Shown: piece after piece, positions 1 to 10,700 of the stretch
Numbering within the stretch: the first letter of the stretch is position 1
Layout of the letters: each line of letters begins with the position of its first letter
Assembly: GCA_963798845.1 (NCBI GenBank)
Contig: CAWCUS010000002.1
Span: 288,001-352,000, forward strand
Direction: 5' to 3'
From: an uncultured Gemmatimonadales bacterium
GTDB lineage: Bacteria > Gemmatimonadota > Gemmatimonadetes > Longimicrobiales > RSA9
Length of the DNA stretch: 64,000 bases
The notes under the pieces: model-generated
The model's input: only the letters and a program-made list of their open reading frames with translations
What the model was told of the DNA's origin: nothing
Database searches by the model: none
Program-made: the position numbers and the translations under genes

Positions 1-1236
1 GAGATCGGGTTCGGCTCGAGCGGCCGCAACGGCTCGTTCGCCATGACCGTGGTGGGGCTCGGGTTCTCGACCACGGCGTTGATCAAGGGGAAGGAGTTCC
101 TCCGGCGGGCGCACCGCTACATGATGCGGGCGGTGGACACGCTGGACGATCTGATCCAGCGGGAGGGGCTGGACTGCGAACGGACGCGACCGGGCTTCCT
201 GCGCGTGGCCACCACCCACAGCTATCTGAAGAAGCTGCGTGGGGAAGTCGATCTGATGAACTCCCTCGGCTTCGACGATATCTTCTTCCTGGACGAGCGG
301 GAGACGCGGGAGCGGGTGAACTCGCCGATCCACCTGGGGGCGCTCTGGGAGCCGCGCCTTCTCCTGATCCACCCGCTGAAGCTGGTGCGAGCCGAGAAGG
401 AGCTCGCGCAGCGGGTGGGTGCCCGGGTGTTCGAGAACACGCCGGTCACCCGCGTCCGTCGCGGGAAGCGCTTCACGCTCGAGGTGCCCGGTGCGACCGT
501 GACGGCGGAGAAGGTGGTGTTCGCCACGAATGCGTACGCGCACCTGCTGGCGCCGACGCGCCGCAAGCAGGTCCCTGCGTTCACGCACATGCAGTGCACG
601 GAGCCGCTGACTCCGCAGCAGCTCGAGCCGATAGGGTGGGCGGGCCGTGAAGGCGTGGAGGACGCCCGCAACCTGATCCACTTCTTCCGGCTGACCACGG
701 ACAATCGGATCGCCATCGGCGCGGGCCCCGTGGGCTTCACGTGGGCCAACGACCTCCACGGCGACGTGAGCCCGACGGCCTGGCGGGACCAGCAGGAGCA
801 CCTGCGCCTCACTTTCCCCCACCTGCGCGACATCCGGTTCACGCACCAGTGGGGCGGCCCGTTCTCGGTGACGCTCGACCTCAATCCGGCCATCGGCTAT
901 CTGGGCGACGAGCGGGCCGCCTACAGCGTCGGCTGCATCGGGCATGGCGTCGCCATGACGCACCTGAACGCGCAGGCGCTTCGCGACCTGGTGCTGGGGG
1001 AGAGGACCGACCTCACGGAGAGCCCCTTCGTCAACCGGCGCGTGCTGCCGTGGCCGCCCGAACCGTTGCGGAGCGTGCTCGGCCACGCGCTGCGCGGGTA
1101 TCTCCGGCTCGAGGACTGGTTGAAGGAAGGAGACCTGCGCCGTTTCAGGCGGCAGGTTCCTGCGACGGAGGCACCCGCCGCACCCACGGCTGCCGCGCCG
1201 CCGCCGCCCGCCTCACGGGGTAGCGGTCGATCGTGA
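1..1236 (+). CDS. FAD-dependent oxidoreductase, DAO/gamma-glutamylputrescine oxidase (PuuB)-like; 5' end outside the window
   Basis: Frame is open from base 1 ([12 protein letters not shown], the DAO-family motif); also ATNAY, WGGP and GCIGHGV. Confidence 0.8.
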   Translation, partial: EIGFGSSGRNGSFAMTVVGLGFSTTALIKGKEFLRRAHRYMMRAVDTLDDLIQREGLDCERTRPGFLRVATTHSYLKKLRGEVDLMNSLGFDDIFFLDERETRERVNSPIHLGALWEPRLLLIHPLKLVRAEKELAQRVGARVFENTPVTRVRRGKRFTLEVPGATVTAEKVVFATNAYAHLLAPTRRKQVPAFTHMQCTEPLTPQQLEPIGWAGREGVEDARNLIHFFRLTTDNRIAIGAGPVGFTWANDLHGDVSPTAWRDQQEHLRLTFPHLRDIRFTHQWGGPFSVTLDLNPAIGYLGDERAAYSVGCIGHGVAMTHLNAQALRDLVLGERTDLTESPFVNRRVLPWPPEPLRSVLGHALRGYLRLEDWLKEGDLRRFRRQVPATEAPAAPTAAAPPPPASRGSGRS

Positions 1237-1304
1237 TCCGCCGAGCCTGGTCGGGCGGGCTGTAGCCGGCCCCGGTCACGGACGGCGGCGGTCGCGCCGG
1301 GTTC

Positions 1305-2900
1305 CTAGCGCCGCGCGGCGGGCTCCGCCGGCTCCGCCACATCCGCGCACGCGAGCGGCGCCGGCTCGCCGTCGGGGCCGACCACGGCGCGGAGGGCGCG
1401 GGCGGTCTCGGGGTGGATTCCGGACACGTCCACGTCGAGGCCGGCGCTACGGAGCGCGCTGAGGCTGTCGTTGAGCACGAGGGCGGCAGTGACGTCCACT
1501 CGTCCGAGGCGCTCCATGTGCAGCCGGACCCGGTGCGCGTCCGGGTGGTCGGCCACGAGGTCGCCGATGGACGACTTCAGGACCTCGGCCGACCCGAACC
1601 ACAACACCCCGTGCGGCCGGAGGTTGAGGGTGCCATCGTCTTCCGCCCACGCATCCAGCCCCAGGTGCAGCTCCCGCCACAGGTGCACGGCGCCGGCCAT
1701 GAGGATCCCGAGGATCACCGCCTGCTCGATGTGGGGGGCGAGCAGGAGCGTGAGCGCGAACGTGGTGGTCGCCACGGCGAACTGCGGGCGCGAGATCCGC
1801 CACAGACAGGCCATCGGCTGGACCCGGATCAGCCCCGCGACCGCGACGATGACGAGCGCGCCGAGCACGGCGATCGGCAGCGGCGCGAGTATGGACGCGA
1901 AGGGAAGGAACGCGAGCACGGTCAGCCCCGTGATGGCGCCGCTCCAGCGAGTCTTCGCTCCGCCCAGGTGGGCGAGTCCGCTGCGCGAGAAGGAGCCGCC
2001 CACGGGGAAGCCGCCGCTCACGGCGGAGGCCAGGTTCGCCACGCCCTGGCTTATGAACTCGCGGTCGGGATCCCACCGCTGCCGCTCGAGGGCGGCGTAG
2101 GTCCGGGCGATGGACGCCGCCTCCGAGAATCCGGCCAGCGCGATCACGACCCCCGGAAGGAGCAGCCATGGGGTGAAGGTCCACGGCAGCGACAGCCCGA
2201 TGGGCGGCAGCCCTTCAGGGACCGCGCCGACCGTCGGGCCATCATAGAAGCCGCGCGCGCTCAGCCATATGCCCGCCGCCGTGACCACCACGATCGCCGG
2301 GACCAGCGGGTGGATCTTTCTCGCCAGGACCACGACGACGATCGTCGCCGCCGCCAGCGCGAGCGCATGCAGGTTCCACTCCGACATGCGGACCACGGCC
2401 ACCAGCGCAGCGCCGATGCCGGCATCCGCGGGCGCGACGCCGAGCACGGCCGGGAGCTGGGAGATGAGGATCAGGATCGCCGCGCCGACGGTGAACCCGC
2501 GCAGCACGGGCTCGGACATGAGGAAGACGATCCGTCCGGCGCGCAGCGCCCCGAAGCCGATCCGGATGACGCCCACCGCGAGGGCGAGAAGCGCGCCCAG
2601 GCGGACGTACTCGGGTGTGCCTGGCACCGCCAGCGGCGCGAGCGCGCCGGCCGTGAGGATGGCGGTGACCGCGGATGGGCCGGTCTGGAGCCAGGGCGAG
2701 GACGCGAAGAAGGCCGCCGCGAGCGGTGGCAGGGCGGCGGCGTACAGCCCGATGTGGGCGGGCATCCCCGCGACCTGAGCGTAGGCGAGGGCCTGGGGGA
2801 TGAGGATGAAGGCCATGCTCACCCCGGCAACGGCGTCGCCGGCGGGTATGTTCAGCCGCCGACGCTCGCCGCCCCGCTCACTCCGTCCCGGGCGCGCCAT
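1305..2900 (-). CDS. SulP family inorganic anion transporter with C-terminal STAS domain
   Basis: PQALAYA..AG, GLYAA, GSFSRS and GAKT motifs; many TM helices; STAS-like tail (LWFGSA..VDVTA). Confidence 0.9.
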   Translation of the reverse strand: MARPGRSERGGERRRLNIPAGDAVAGVSMAFILIPQALAYAQVAGMPAHIGLYAAALPPLAAAFFASSPWLQTGPSAVTAILTAGALAPLAVPGTPEYVRLGALLALAVGVIRIGFGALRAGRIVFLMSEPVLRGFTVGAAILILISQLPAVLGVAPADAGIGAALVAVVRMSEWNLHALALAAATIVVVVLARKIHPLVPAIVVVTAAGIWLSARGFYDGPTVGAVPEGLPPIGLSLPWTFTPWLLLPGVVIALAGFSEAASIARTYAALERQRWDPDREFISQGVANLASAVSGGFPVGGSFSRSGLAHLGGAKTRWSGAITGLTVLAFLPFASILAPLPIAVLGALVIVAVAGLIRVQPMACLWRISRPQFAVATTTFALTLLLAPHIEQAVILGILMAGAVHLWRELHLGLDAWAEDDGTLNLRPHGVLWFGSAEVLKSSIGDLVADHPDAHRVRLHMERLGRVDVTAALVLNDSLSALRSAGLDVDVSGIHPETARALRAVVGPDGEPAPLACADVAEPAEPAARR

Positions 2901-3354
2901 TCTGGGAACCGCCGCCCCGGATCAACTCGAGCCGGATGTACTTCTCCACGGCCACGATGTCCCGCGGCTGCATCTCCCGCAGTCCCCAGTGCGGCATGCC
3001 CAGCGTGTTGCCCACGAATACCTGCTTGTCCAGCGCCGCCGGGTCGTTCGCGAAGCGCCAGTTGGCCTGCTGGAATGACGGCGGGTGGAGAGTGTCGCCG
3101 TCGATCACGCGCCCGCCGTCGCCCCGGCCCTCGGGCCCGTGGCACTCGGCGCACGCCCACTTGAAGATGTCGCGTCCGCGGGCGATCGCATCGCTCTCGC
3201 TCGCCCACTTCACCGTGTCGAACATGACGGCGCTGTAGACGCGCGTGGCCGTGTCCACCTGCGCCTGTTGGGACCGTGCCGGCGGTGCCTGTTCACCGCA
3301 GGCCGCAAGGGTGAGCACGGCCGCGGTGGCGGCAAGGGGTGCGATCCGGCGCAT
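2878..3354 (-). CDS. Monoheme c-type cytochrome lipoprotein
   Basis: SD CAGGAGG before ATG 3354; lipobox LAAC; CAECH heme motif; distal GMP methionine ligand. Confidence 0.85.
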   Translation of the reverse strand: MRRIAPLAATAAVLTLAACGEQAPPARSQQAQVDTATRVYSAVMFDTVKWASESDAIARGRDIFKWACAECHGPEGRGDGGRVIDGDTLHPPSFQQANWRFANDPAALDKQVFVGNTLGMPHWGLREMQPRDIVAVEKYIRLELIRGGGSQNGAPGTE

Positions 3355-3447
3355 GGCGATTTCCTCCTGGACTGCGTGATCGGGCGCCTCTCCGACCCCC
3401 CCTGGATGGGAGGCGCCAGGTACGAACGAAATCATTTCATTCCCGCG

Positions 3448-3478
3448 AAAGCGGCCACCGGCGTGTGCCGGTGGCCGC
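3448..3478 (-). terminator. Intrinsic terminator-like hairpin downstream of the 3502-4872 gene
   Basis: Perfect 12-bp stem GCGGCCACCGGC/GCCGGTGGCCGC with a 4-nt loop, followed by TTT on the minus strand. Confidence 0.6.
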
Positions 3479-3501
3479 CCCTTCGCGGTCCTGCCGACTC
3501 C

Positions 3502-4872
3502 TCAGGCCTTCACCGTCTCCCGCGAGCGCGTCTGCTCCGTCGCCGGCGCGCCCAGAAGGGGCGCCAGGACATCCCGCAGCGTCGGGCTGCCGATGACCTG
3601 GAGCTCGTAGCGGATCCGCGTGTACGGGACCGGGATCTCAACCAGCCGGGCCAGGTCGATGGGTGTCCCGATCGCCACGGCCTCGACGCCGTTCTCCACC
3701 GCCTTCCGGATCGTCGCTTCCAGGTCCTTCACCTGCTGATCGCCATAGCCCATGGCCGGGAGCAGCGTCCCGATCCCGGGGTATCGTTCATACGTGGTCA
3801 CGATCTCGCCCACCGCGAACGGCCGGGCATCCACGAGCTCGGCGGCGCCCGCCTTCTGCGCGCCGATGACCGCGGCACCGTATGTCATTCCACCGTGCGT
3901 GAGCGTGGGCCCGTCCTCGATGCAGAGGACCCGGCGGCCGCGCAGCACGTCCGGCCTGTCGACGAAGAGCGGGGAAGCGCCCTCGAGGAGCAGCGCACCC
4001 GGATTCACCTTGCGGACGTTGCGCTCCACCTGGAGCACGTCCTCCATGGCTGCGGTATCAACCTTGTTCACCAGCACCGCGTCCGCCAGACGCACGTTGA
4101 TCTCGCCCGGGTAATAGCCGAGCTCGTGCCCGGCGCGGTGCGGGTCCACGAGCGTGATGAAGACGTCGGGCTTGTAGAACGGCAGGTCGTTGTTGCCGCC
4201 GTCCCACAGGATCACATCCGCTTCCTTCTCAGCCTCTCGCAGGATCGCTTCGTAGTCGACGCCAGCGAAGACCACGCTCCCGGCGGCCATGTGCGGCTCG
4301 TACTCCTCGCGCTCCTCGATCGTGACCTGGTGACGGACCAGGTCCTCCTCGGTGGCGAAGCGCTGCACGCGCTGCTTCACCAGGTCGCCGTACGGCATCG
4401 GGTGCCGGATCACCGCCACCTTCTTCCCGGCTTCGCGGAGCAGCCGGACCACGGCGCGGCTCGTCTGGCTCTTCCCAACGCCCGTGCGGGAGGCGCACAC
4501 GGCCACGACCGGTCTGGTCGATTTCACCATGGTGGGCTCGGCGCCGAGCATGGAGAACTCCGAGCCGGCCGCGTTCACGCGGGCGGCGAGACCCATGACA
4601 TACGGATAGGAGACATCGGAGTACGCCATGATGCAACGCTCGACCCGGAGCTCGGCGATGAGCGCTTCCAGCCGGCGCTCGGGGTAGATCGGGATGCCAT
4701 CCGGGTAGAGCTCGCCCGCAAGCTCGGGCGGGTACCGTCGTTCGTCGATGTGCGGGATCTGCTCGGCCGTGAACCCCACGACCTCGGTGTCCGGATCGTT
4801 CCGGTACACCACGTTGAAGTTGTGGAAGTCGCGCCCGGCGGCTCCCAGGATCAGTGTCCGTTTCCGGCCCAT
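3502..4872 (-). CDS. Cyclic 2,3-diphosphoglycerate synthetase-like P-loop NTPase (possible arginine synthetase ArcE)
   Basis: N-terminal GAAGRDFHNFN, P-loop RTGVGKS, RHPMPYG, EEREEYEPH, WDGGNND, EDGPTLTHGGM. Confidence 0.75.
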   Translation of the reverse strand: MGRKRTLILGAAGRDFHNFNVVYRNDPDTEVVGFTAEQIPHIDERRYPPELAGELYPDGIPIYPERRLEALIAELRVERCIMAYSDVSYPYVMGLAARVNAAGSEFSMLGAEPTMVKSTRPVVAVCASRTGVGKSQTSRAVVRLLREAGKKVAVIRHPMPYGDLVKQRVQRFATEEDLVRHQVTIEEREEYEPHMAAGSVVFAGVDYEAILREAEKEADVILWDGGNNDLPFYKPDVFITLVDPHRAGHELGYYPGEINVRLADAVLVNKVDTAAMEDVLQVERNVRKVNPGALLLEGASPLFVDRPDVLRGRRVLCIEDGPTLTHGGMTYGAAVIGAQKAGAAELVDARPFAVGEIVTTYERYPGIGTLLPAMGYGDQQVKDLEATIRKAVENGVEAVAIGTPIDLARLVEIPVPYTRIRYELQVIGSPTLRDVLAPLLGAPATEQTRSRETVKA

Positions 4873-5040
4873 ATGAGGTACCCTCGCTTGGTTCGGGTTT
4901 GGCCGTGCTCTCAGGCTAAGGTGCCGCGCGCAAGAGAGGCAATCGGGAGGATTCACCGCCCGGCGGCGGGGAAATCCCTTACCCTTGCGGAGCGCCCACG
5001 TCGACTGGCCCGGGACCGGATGCGCGAGCATATTGCCGGC

Positions 5041-5970
5041 ATGAGCCGTACCCTCGAGTCACCGATCCGTTCGTTCGCCGAGCTGAAGGCTCGCGCCGCC
5101 GAAGTACCGCCCGTGCCGGTGGCCGTGGTGGCCGCCGAGAGCCCGTCGGCGCTGGCTGCCGTCGCGGCCGCGGCGGCGGCCGGAATCGCGCTGCCGGTGC
5201 TTGTTGGCGATGGCGCCCGGATCCGGGACGTCGTTGCGGCAGAGCGGATCCGCGGTCTCGACGGTGCCCGGTGGGTGGAAGCGGCGTCGCCCGAGTCCGC
5301 TGCGTCGATCGCGATCGAGCTCGCCCGGGCGGGCGAGGTGGGGATGCTGCTGAAAGGCGCGCTGCGGACGGACCAGCTGCTGCGCGCGACGCTGGACCGG
5401 GAGAACGGGCTCCGCACCGGCCGCCTTCTCTCGGACGTCCTGCTTTACGAGGACACGCTCTCGGGCTCGGTCCGCCTGGTGGGCGTGACGGACGGCGGGA
5501 TCAACCCGGCGCCGGACGCCGACGCGCTGCGCCGGATCGTGGCCAACGCCGTGGCCGTCTTCCGGGCGCTGGGCGTGGCCAGGCCGCGTGTGGCGCTGCT
5601 CAGCGCCACGGAGATGGTGACCGACGCGGTCCCGTCCACGGTCGTGGCCCGCCAGGTGGCCGACTGGGCGTCGAGGGAGCTGCCGGACGCCGACGTGGAC
5701 GGTCCGCTCGCCCTCGACAACGCCCTCATCCCTTCGGCCGCCCGCGCCAAGGGGATCACCGGTCCCGTGGCCGGCTGCGCGGACATCATGGTCACCCCCG
5801 GGATCGACGCCGGCAACATCCTGGGCAAGGGGGTCAAGTACCTCGGCGGGTCCATCACGGCGCACGTGGTCGTGGGGGCGAGAGTTCCGATCCTGATCCC
5901 GTCGCGGGTGGAGAGCGCCGAAGACAAGCTGCACTCCATCGCCTTCGGGGCGCTGGTGGGCGCGCCGTGA
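5041..5970 (+). CDS. ptb: Phosphate butyryltransferase (PTA/PTB family)
   Basis: LLKG..T, TDGGIN, DGPLALDNA, AGNILGK, SR.ES motifs; coupled to buk. Confidence 0.85.
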   Translation: MSRTLESPIRSFAELKARAAEVPPVPVAVVAAESPSALAAVAAAAAAGIALPVLVGDGARIRDVVAAERIRGLDGARWVEAASPESAASIAIELARAGEVGMLLKGALRTDQLLRATLDRENGLRTGRLLSDVLLYEDTLSGSVRLVGVTDGGINPAPDADALRRIVANAVAVFRALGVARPRVALLSATEMVTDAVPSTVVARQVADWASRELPDADVDGPLALDNALIPSAARAKGITGPVAGCADIMVTPGIDAGNILGKGVKYLGGSITAHVVVGARVPILIPSRVESAEDKLHSIAFGALVGAP

Positions 5971-7043
5971 GCCGGCGCCCGCTGATCCTCGCGCTGAACC
6001 CGGGCTCCACAAGCACGAAGTTGGGCCTCTTCGCCGACGGAGCCGCGATCCTCGAGCACACCGCCACGCATGGCGACGGCGCGCTCGCCCGTTTCGGCGG
6101 CCGTCCGATCCTGGAGCAGCTCGAATTCCGCCTGGAGGCGGTGCGCGACGCCCTGTCCGACCATGGCGCCTCGCCGCGCGACCTGGATGCGGTGGTCGGA
6201 CGGGGCGGGTTGCTGCGCCCGCTGGCCAGCGGCACGTACCGCGTCACGGATGCCATGCTCGAGGAGCTGCGCCGGGCGGAGAGGGGAGAGCACGCGTCGA
6301 ATCTGGGCGCCCTCCTGGCCCGGCGGCTCGCGGATGAGGCCGGCTGTCCGGCGTTCATCGTGGATCCGGTGAGCGTGGACGAGTGGGACGACGTCGCCCG
6401 CATCTCCGGTCTGGCGGGGCTGGACCGGGTGTGCCTGTCCCACGCCCTCAACACGAAAGCGGTGGCGAAGCGGCACGCCGCCGAGATCGAGCGCCCGTAC
6501 GACGAGCTCCGGCTCGTGGTCGCCCACCTGGGGAGCGGCGTGAGCGTCTCCGCGCACCGCGGCGGGCGTATGGTGGACGTCAACAACCCTCGCGAGGAGG
6601 GGCCGTTCTCCACGGAGCGGGCCGGCACGATCCCGGTCATGCGGCTGGTGGAGCGGGTGCTGGCCGACGGGTGGACGCCGGACGAGGCGGACCGGCGCCT
6701 GTTCCGGGAGGGGGGGCTGGTCTCCTACCTGGGCACCCGCGACCTGCGGGACGTGGAAGCGCGCATCGCCGCGGGCGACGACCGGGCCCGCCTCGTGTTC
6801 CGCGCCATGGTGTACCAGGTGGCGAAGGAGATCGGCGCCATGGGGGCCGTCCTCCATGGCCGCGTGGATGCCATACTGGTCACGGGCGGGATGGCCCGGA
6901 GTCAGGCGCTGACCGGCGCGCTCTCCGAGGCCGTGTCGTGGATCGCCTCCGTGTTCGTGTACCCGGGCGAGGACGAGCTGAGGGCGCTGGCCGAAGGGGC
7001 CGCCCGCGCGCTCGCCGGCACGGAGGCGGCGCGCGAGTACTAG
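5967..7043 (+). CDS. buk: Butyrate kinase
   Basis: GTG start overlapping the ptb stop; LNPGSTSTK, GRGG, HASNLG, VDPVSVDE, HALNTK, HLGSG, YPGEDE. Confidence 0.93.
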   Translation: MSRRPLILALNPGSTSTKLGLFADGAAILEHTATHGDGALARFGGRPILEQLEFRLEAVRDALSDHGASPRDLDAVVGRGGLLRPLASGTYRVTDAMLEELRRAERGEHASNLGALLARRLADEAGCPAFIVDPVSVDEWDDVARISGLAGLDRVCLSHALNTKAVAKRHAAEIERPYDELRLVVAHLGSGVSVSAHRGGRMVDVNNPREEGPFSTERAGTIPVMRLVERVLADGWTPDEADRRLFREGGLVSYLGTRDLRDVEARIAAGDDRARLVFRAMVYQVAKEIGAMGAVLHGRVDAILVTGGMARSQALTGALSEAVSWIASVFVYPGEDELRALAEGAARALAGTEAAREY

Positions 7044-7053
7044 CGGTCGGGCG

Positions 7054-7791
7054 TCAGAAGCTGAACGCCGCCGCGCCCACCATCCACTCGGCGCCCGTGT
7101 CGAAGGCTACATCGTTGGCTTCCGCCGTCTTCGGCGGGACCGTCAGACGGATCGCCTCCTGCCAGTGATCGCGGGCGATGAACAGGTAGTTGGAGAGTGC
7201 CCCCAGCATCACGGTGCTGGACAGCTTGTCGTTCCCCAGCTCCCGGGCCAGCGCCAGCGCAGGGAAGGTGAGCAGCGTGATCCCGCGCGCTTCCGTTCTC
7301 GCTTCGAGGTCGCGAGGGTAGCCGGCGGTCTTGAGCGACTCGATGCTCGGCGCGATCCGCTGGTCGTTCACGAGCACGATGCCGCCCGGCTCCACCAGCG
7401 ACAGGTGCCGCGCGGCCTCGAGGCGCTCGAACGCCACGAGGAAATCGGCCTCGCCTTCCGGGATGGAGGAGGAGAGGGCCGCGTCGCCGAAGCGCACGGC
7501 GGTGAGAACCGTGCCGCCCCGCTGCGACATTCCGTGCACTTCCGAGGTCAAGACCTGGTGCCCTGCCAACGCCGCGGCCGTGGCCAGCACCCGTGTGGCG
7601 AGGACGGAGCCCTGACCGCCGACTCCCGCAAGCACGATGTTCGTCACATCGCCGTGAGCGACAGGGCGGACGCTTCCGCCGCGGTCGGACGCCTGCTCGA
7701 CCGGGCCTGCCGCTCCCGCGGTCAGCTCTTCCAGGTCCGTGGCCGCGCCCTGCAGGTCCTCGGACACCGACACCCTCGTGCTATCGGTCAC
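7054..7791 (-). CDS. iorB: Indolepyruvate:ferredoxin oxidoreductase beta subunit
   Basis: AGVGGQG and SEVHGMSQRGG motifs; directly downstream of iorA. Confidence 0.9.
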   Translation of the reverse strand: MTDSTRVSVSEDLQGAATDLEELTAGAAGPVEQASDRGGSVRPVAHGDVTNIVLAGVGGQGSVLATRVLATAAALAGHQVLTSEVHGMSQRGGTVLTAVRFGDAALSSSIPEGEADFLVAFERLEAARHLSLVEPGGIVLVNDQRIAPSIESLKTAGYPRDLEARTEARGITLLTFPALALARELGNDKLSSTVMLGALSNYLFIARDHWQEAIRLTVPPKTAEANDVAFDTGAEWMVGAAAFSF

Positions 7792-10700
7792 GGGTCGCCC
7801 CCTTCCTCATGTGGTTGCTGGCCAGCTCCGCCGCGCGGCGGCCCGTGGCCACCGCCTGCGTCACAGTGCCGTGGCCGAACGCCGCATCGCCGCACGCGAA
7901 CACGCCCTGCCGCGACGTGGCCCCGGCGAAGTTGACGTCGATCCGACCGTTCGCCCGGATGCCGCTCCCGTCCAGGAACGCCAGGTCCGTCTGCTCTCCC
8001 ACGGCCAGGATCACCGCGTCACACTGCTCGATCTCCTCGCTCTCCGCCACGGGTACCGGGCGCCGGCGCCCGCTCCCGTCCGGCTCCCCCTGCGCCATGG
8101 CGATGGTCTCGAGCGCGGTCATCCGCCCGCCCTCTGCCACCACCCGGATCGGCGCCCGCTGGAACCGGAACGTCACCCCCTCCTCCCGCGCCTCCTCGAC
8201 TTCGTCGGGGATGGCGGGCATCTCGCGTTCCGTACGCCGGTAGACCACGTCCACCGTGGCGCCCAGCCGGCGGGCCGCGCGGGCGCAGTCGATGGCCGTG
8301 TTCCCGCCGCCCACCACCGTGACGCGGCGACCCAGCTCCACGGTCTCGCCGGCGTTGAAGCGGCGGAGGAACTCGAGCCCGCCCAGCACGGACCCGGGCG
8401 CGTCGACGGCGCCCTCGAGCGTGATGGCGCGAGCGGCGTGCTGGCCCACGGCCACGATCACCGCGTCGTGCTCGTCCGCCAGCTCCGCCAGCGTCGTGTC
8501 CCGGCCGATTCGGGCGCCCGTGCGGAACTCCACGCCAATCGCCGTGAACCGGGCCAGCTCGGCGTCCAGCACCTCGCGCGGGAGGCGGAACGGAGGGATG
8601 CCGCTCCGGAGCATGCCGCCGGGCGCAGCGTCGGCCTCGAAGACCGTGACGCGCCACCCCTTGCGACGGAGCTGCCACGCCGCGGCAAGTCCGGCGGGGC
8701 CCGACCCGATCACCGCCACCGAGCGACCGAGCTCCTCGCCCGGGGAGAGCGTGTCTGCCGGGTAGTTCTCGATCGCCCAGTCGCCCAGAAACTGCTCCAC
8801 CGCCCGCACCGATATCTTGTTCGGGCCGGCCGGGAACCGCTCCACCAGCGAGCGGTGGCGACCCGCGTACGTGGCCGCCTGCGGGAACCCGAGGGCGTTC
8901 ACGTCGTGGTCGCAGGGGTGGGGACAGACACGGGCCGAGACCGCAGGCAGCGGATTCGAGCGCAGCACGACCTCGAGCGCGTCGGCGAGCCGCCCCTGGT
9001 CCACCAGCTCCAGCATGAGCGAGACGTCGATCCCCGCGTTGCAGTCGGCGCACACCTGCTGACAGAGCGTGCAGCCGTTGCAGAGGAGGTCGTTCACCGC
9101 GAGACGACCGTCGCTCTCCTCGATGGCCGGGCAACCCAGCCGGGTGCACGCAAAGCAGTCCGTGCATCGGTCGGCCTCGAGGAAGATCGGGTCGCCGAAC
9201 GAGACCTTCTCCTTGAGCACGCACGGCTTCTCGGCCACCACCACCGCCGGGGCGTCCGTCCCGGACGCCTGATCCAGAGTGCGCCATGCGCCCAGGAGGT
9301 CGTACGGGTCCACCGTGCGGACGTCCTCCACGCCAACGGCCCGGGCGATCGCGGCGATGTCGATGCGCGGCGCGTCGCCCTGGCCGAGCGTGTGCCCGGT
9401 GCCCGGGTGATCCTGGTGCCCGGTCATGGCGGTGGTCCGGTTGTCCAGCACCACCACCGTCCCCTTGCCCCGGTTGTAGACCACGTCCATCAGCCCCGTG
9501 ACGCCGGAGTGATAGAACGTGGAGTCCCCGATCACGCTCACCACCCGCTTCGCATCCGCCGGCGCCAGCACCTTCGCCATGCCGTGCGCCATGCCGATGG
9601 AAGCGCCCATGTTCATGCACGCATCCATGGCATCCAGCGGCGCGAGCGCGCCGAGCGTGTAGCAGCCGATGTCCCCGCTCACGATCGCATCCATGCGCCC
9701 CAGGGCGTGGAACACGCCGCGGTGCGAGCACCCCGGACAGAGCGCCGGCGGCCGTGACGGCAGCGCCGCGGGTACGTCCGCACCCGCCCCGGCGCCGTCC
9801 GCCTCCTCACGGGGAGTGACGCCCGGCCCGGCGACCGCGCGACGAAGCAGCCCCACGCTCAGCTCGCCATACCGTGGCCACGCACGCGCCTCCACCGCCA
9901 CGCCGCGCGCCCGGATCTGCTCCTCGAGGAACGGCTCCAGCTCTTCCGCAACGAACAGCCGCTTCCCCGCGTGCTCCTCAGCGAACTGCCGGATCGCAGC
10001 CTCCGGGAGTGGATACGTCATCCCGAGGCGGAGCACCGGCGCCGCCGGGAAGGCCTCCCGGACGTAGAGGTAGGGGACACCGGCGGTGATGAAGGCGACG
10101 TCGCCTTCGCCCGGCTCCGCTTCCGCCCACCGCTCGGCTTCCGCGGCGAGCGCCGGCATCCGCTCCTCCTCGATCCAGCGGTGGCGGATCCGGCCATGGG
10201 CGGGGAGCACCACGTTCTTCTGACGATCCTTGTGATACGCCCGAAGTCCCACGGGCTCCCGCTTCCCGGCTTCCACCGGCCCCGTGCCGTGGCTCAGGCG
10301 CGTCGTGGTCCGGAGCAGCACCGGCGTGTCGTACCGCTCGGACAGCGCGAAAGCCGCGGCCGTGTAGCGCCGCGCGTCCGCCGGCGTCGACGGCTCCAGA
10401 AGCGGGATGCGGGCGTGGCGGGCGAACAGGCGGTTGTCCTGCTCGTTCTGAGACGAGTGCATGCCGGGGTCGTCGGCGCTCACGACCACCAGCCCGCCGT
10501 TCACCCCCATGTATGCGGACGAGAAGAGCGGGTCGGCCGCCACGTTCACGCCGACGTGCTTCATCGTGGCCAGCGCCCGAGCGCCGCCCAGTGACGCGCC
10601 CACAGCCACTTCCAGCGCCACTTTCTCGTTCGGCGACCACTCGCAGTCGACGCCGCCGAGGTGCGAAAGCGCTTCCAGGATCTCCGTGCTCGGCGTGCCC

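Noticed and set aside
1413..3164. Many long overlapping or antisense ORFs (e.g. 1413-3164, 7739-9757, 38169-39900, 56363-58687)
   Set aside because: Shadow ORFs expected at this GC content; Arg/Gly/Pro-rich, without motifs, and opposite well-supported genes
3085..5040. 961-aa ORF suggesting a long N-terminal fusion to Ptb
   Set aside because: The upstream part is the antisense shadow of the 3502-4872 gene; Ptb homology begins near 5041
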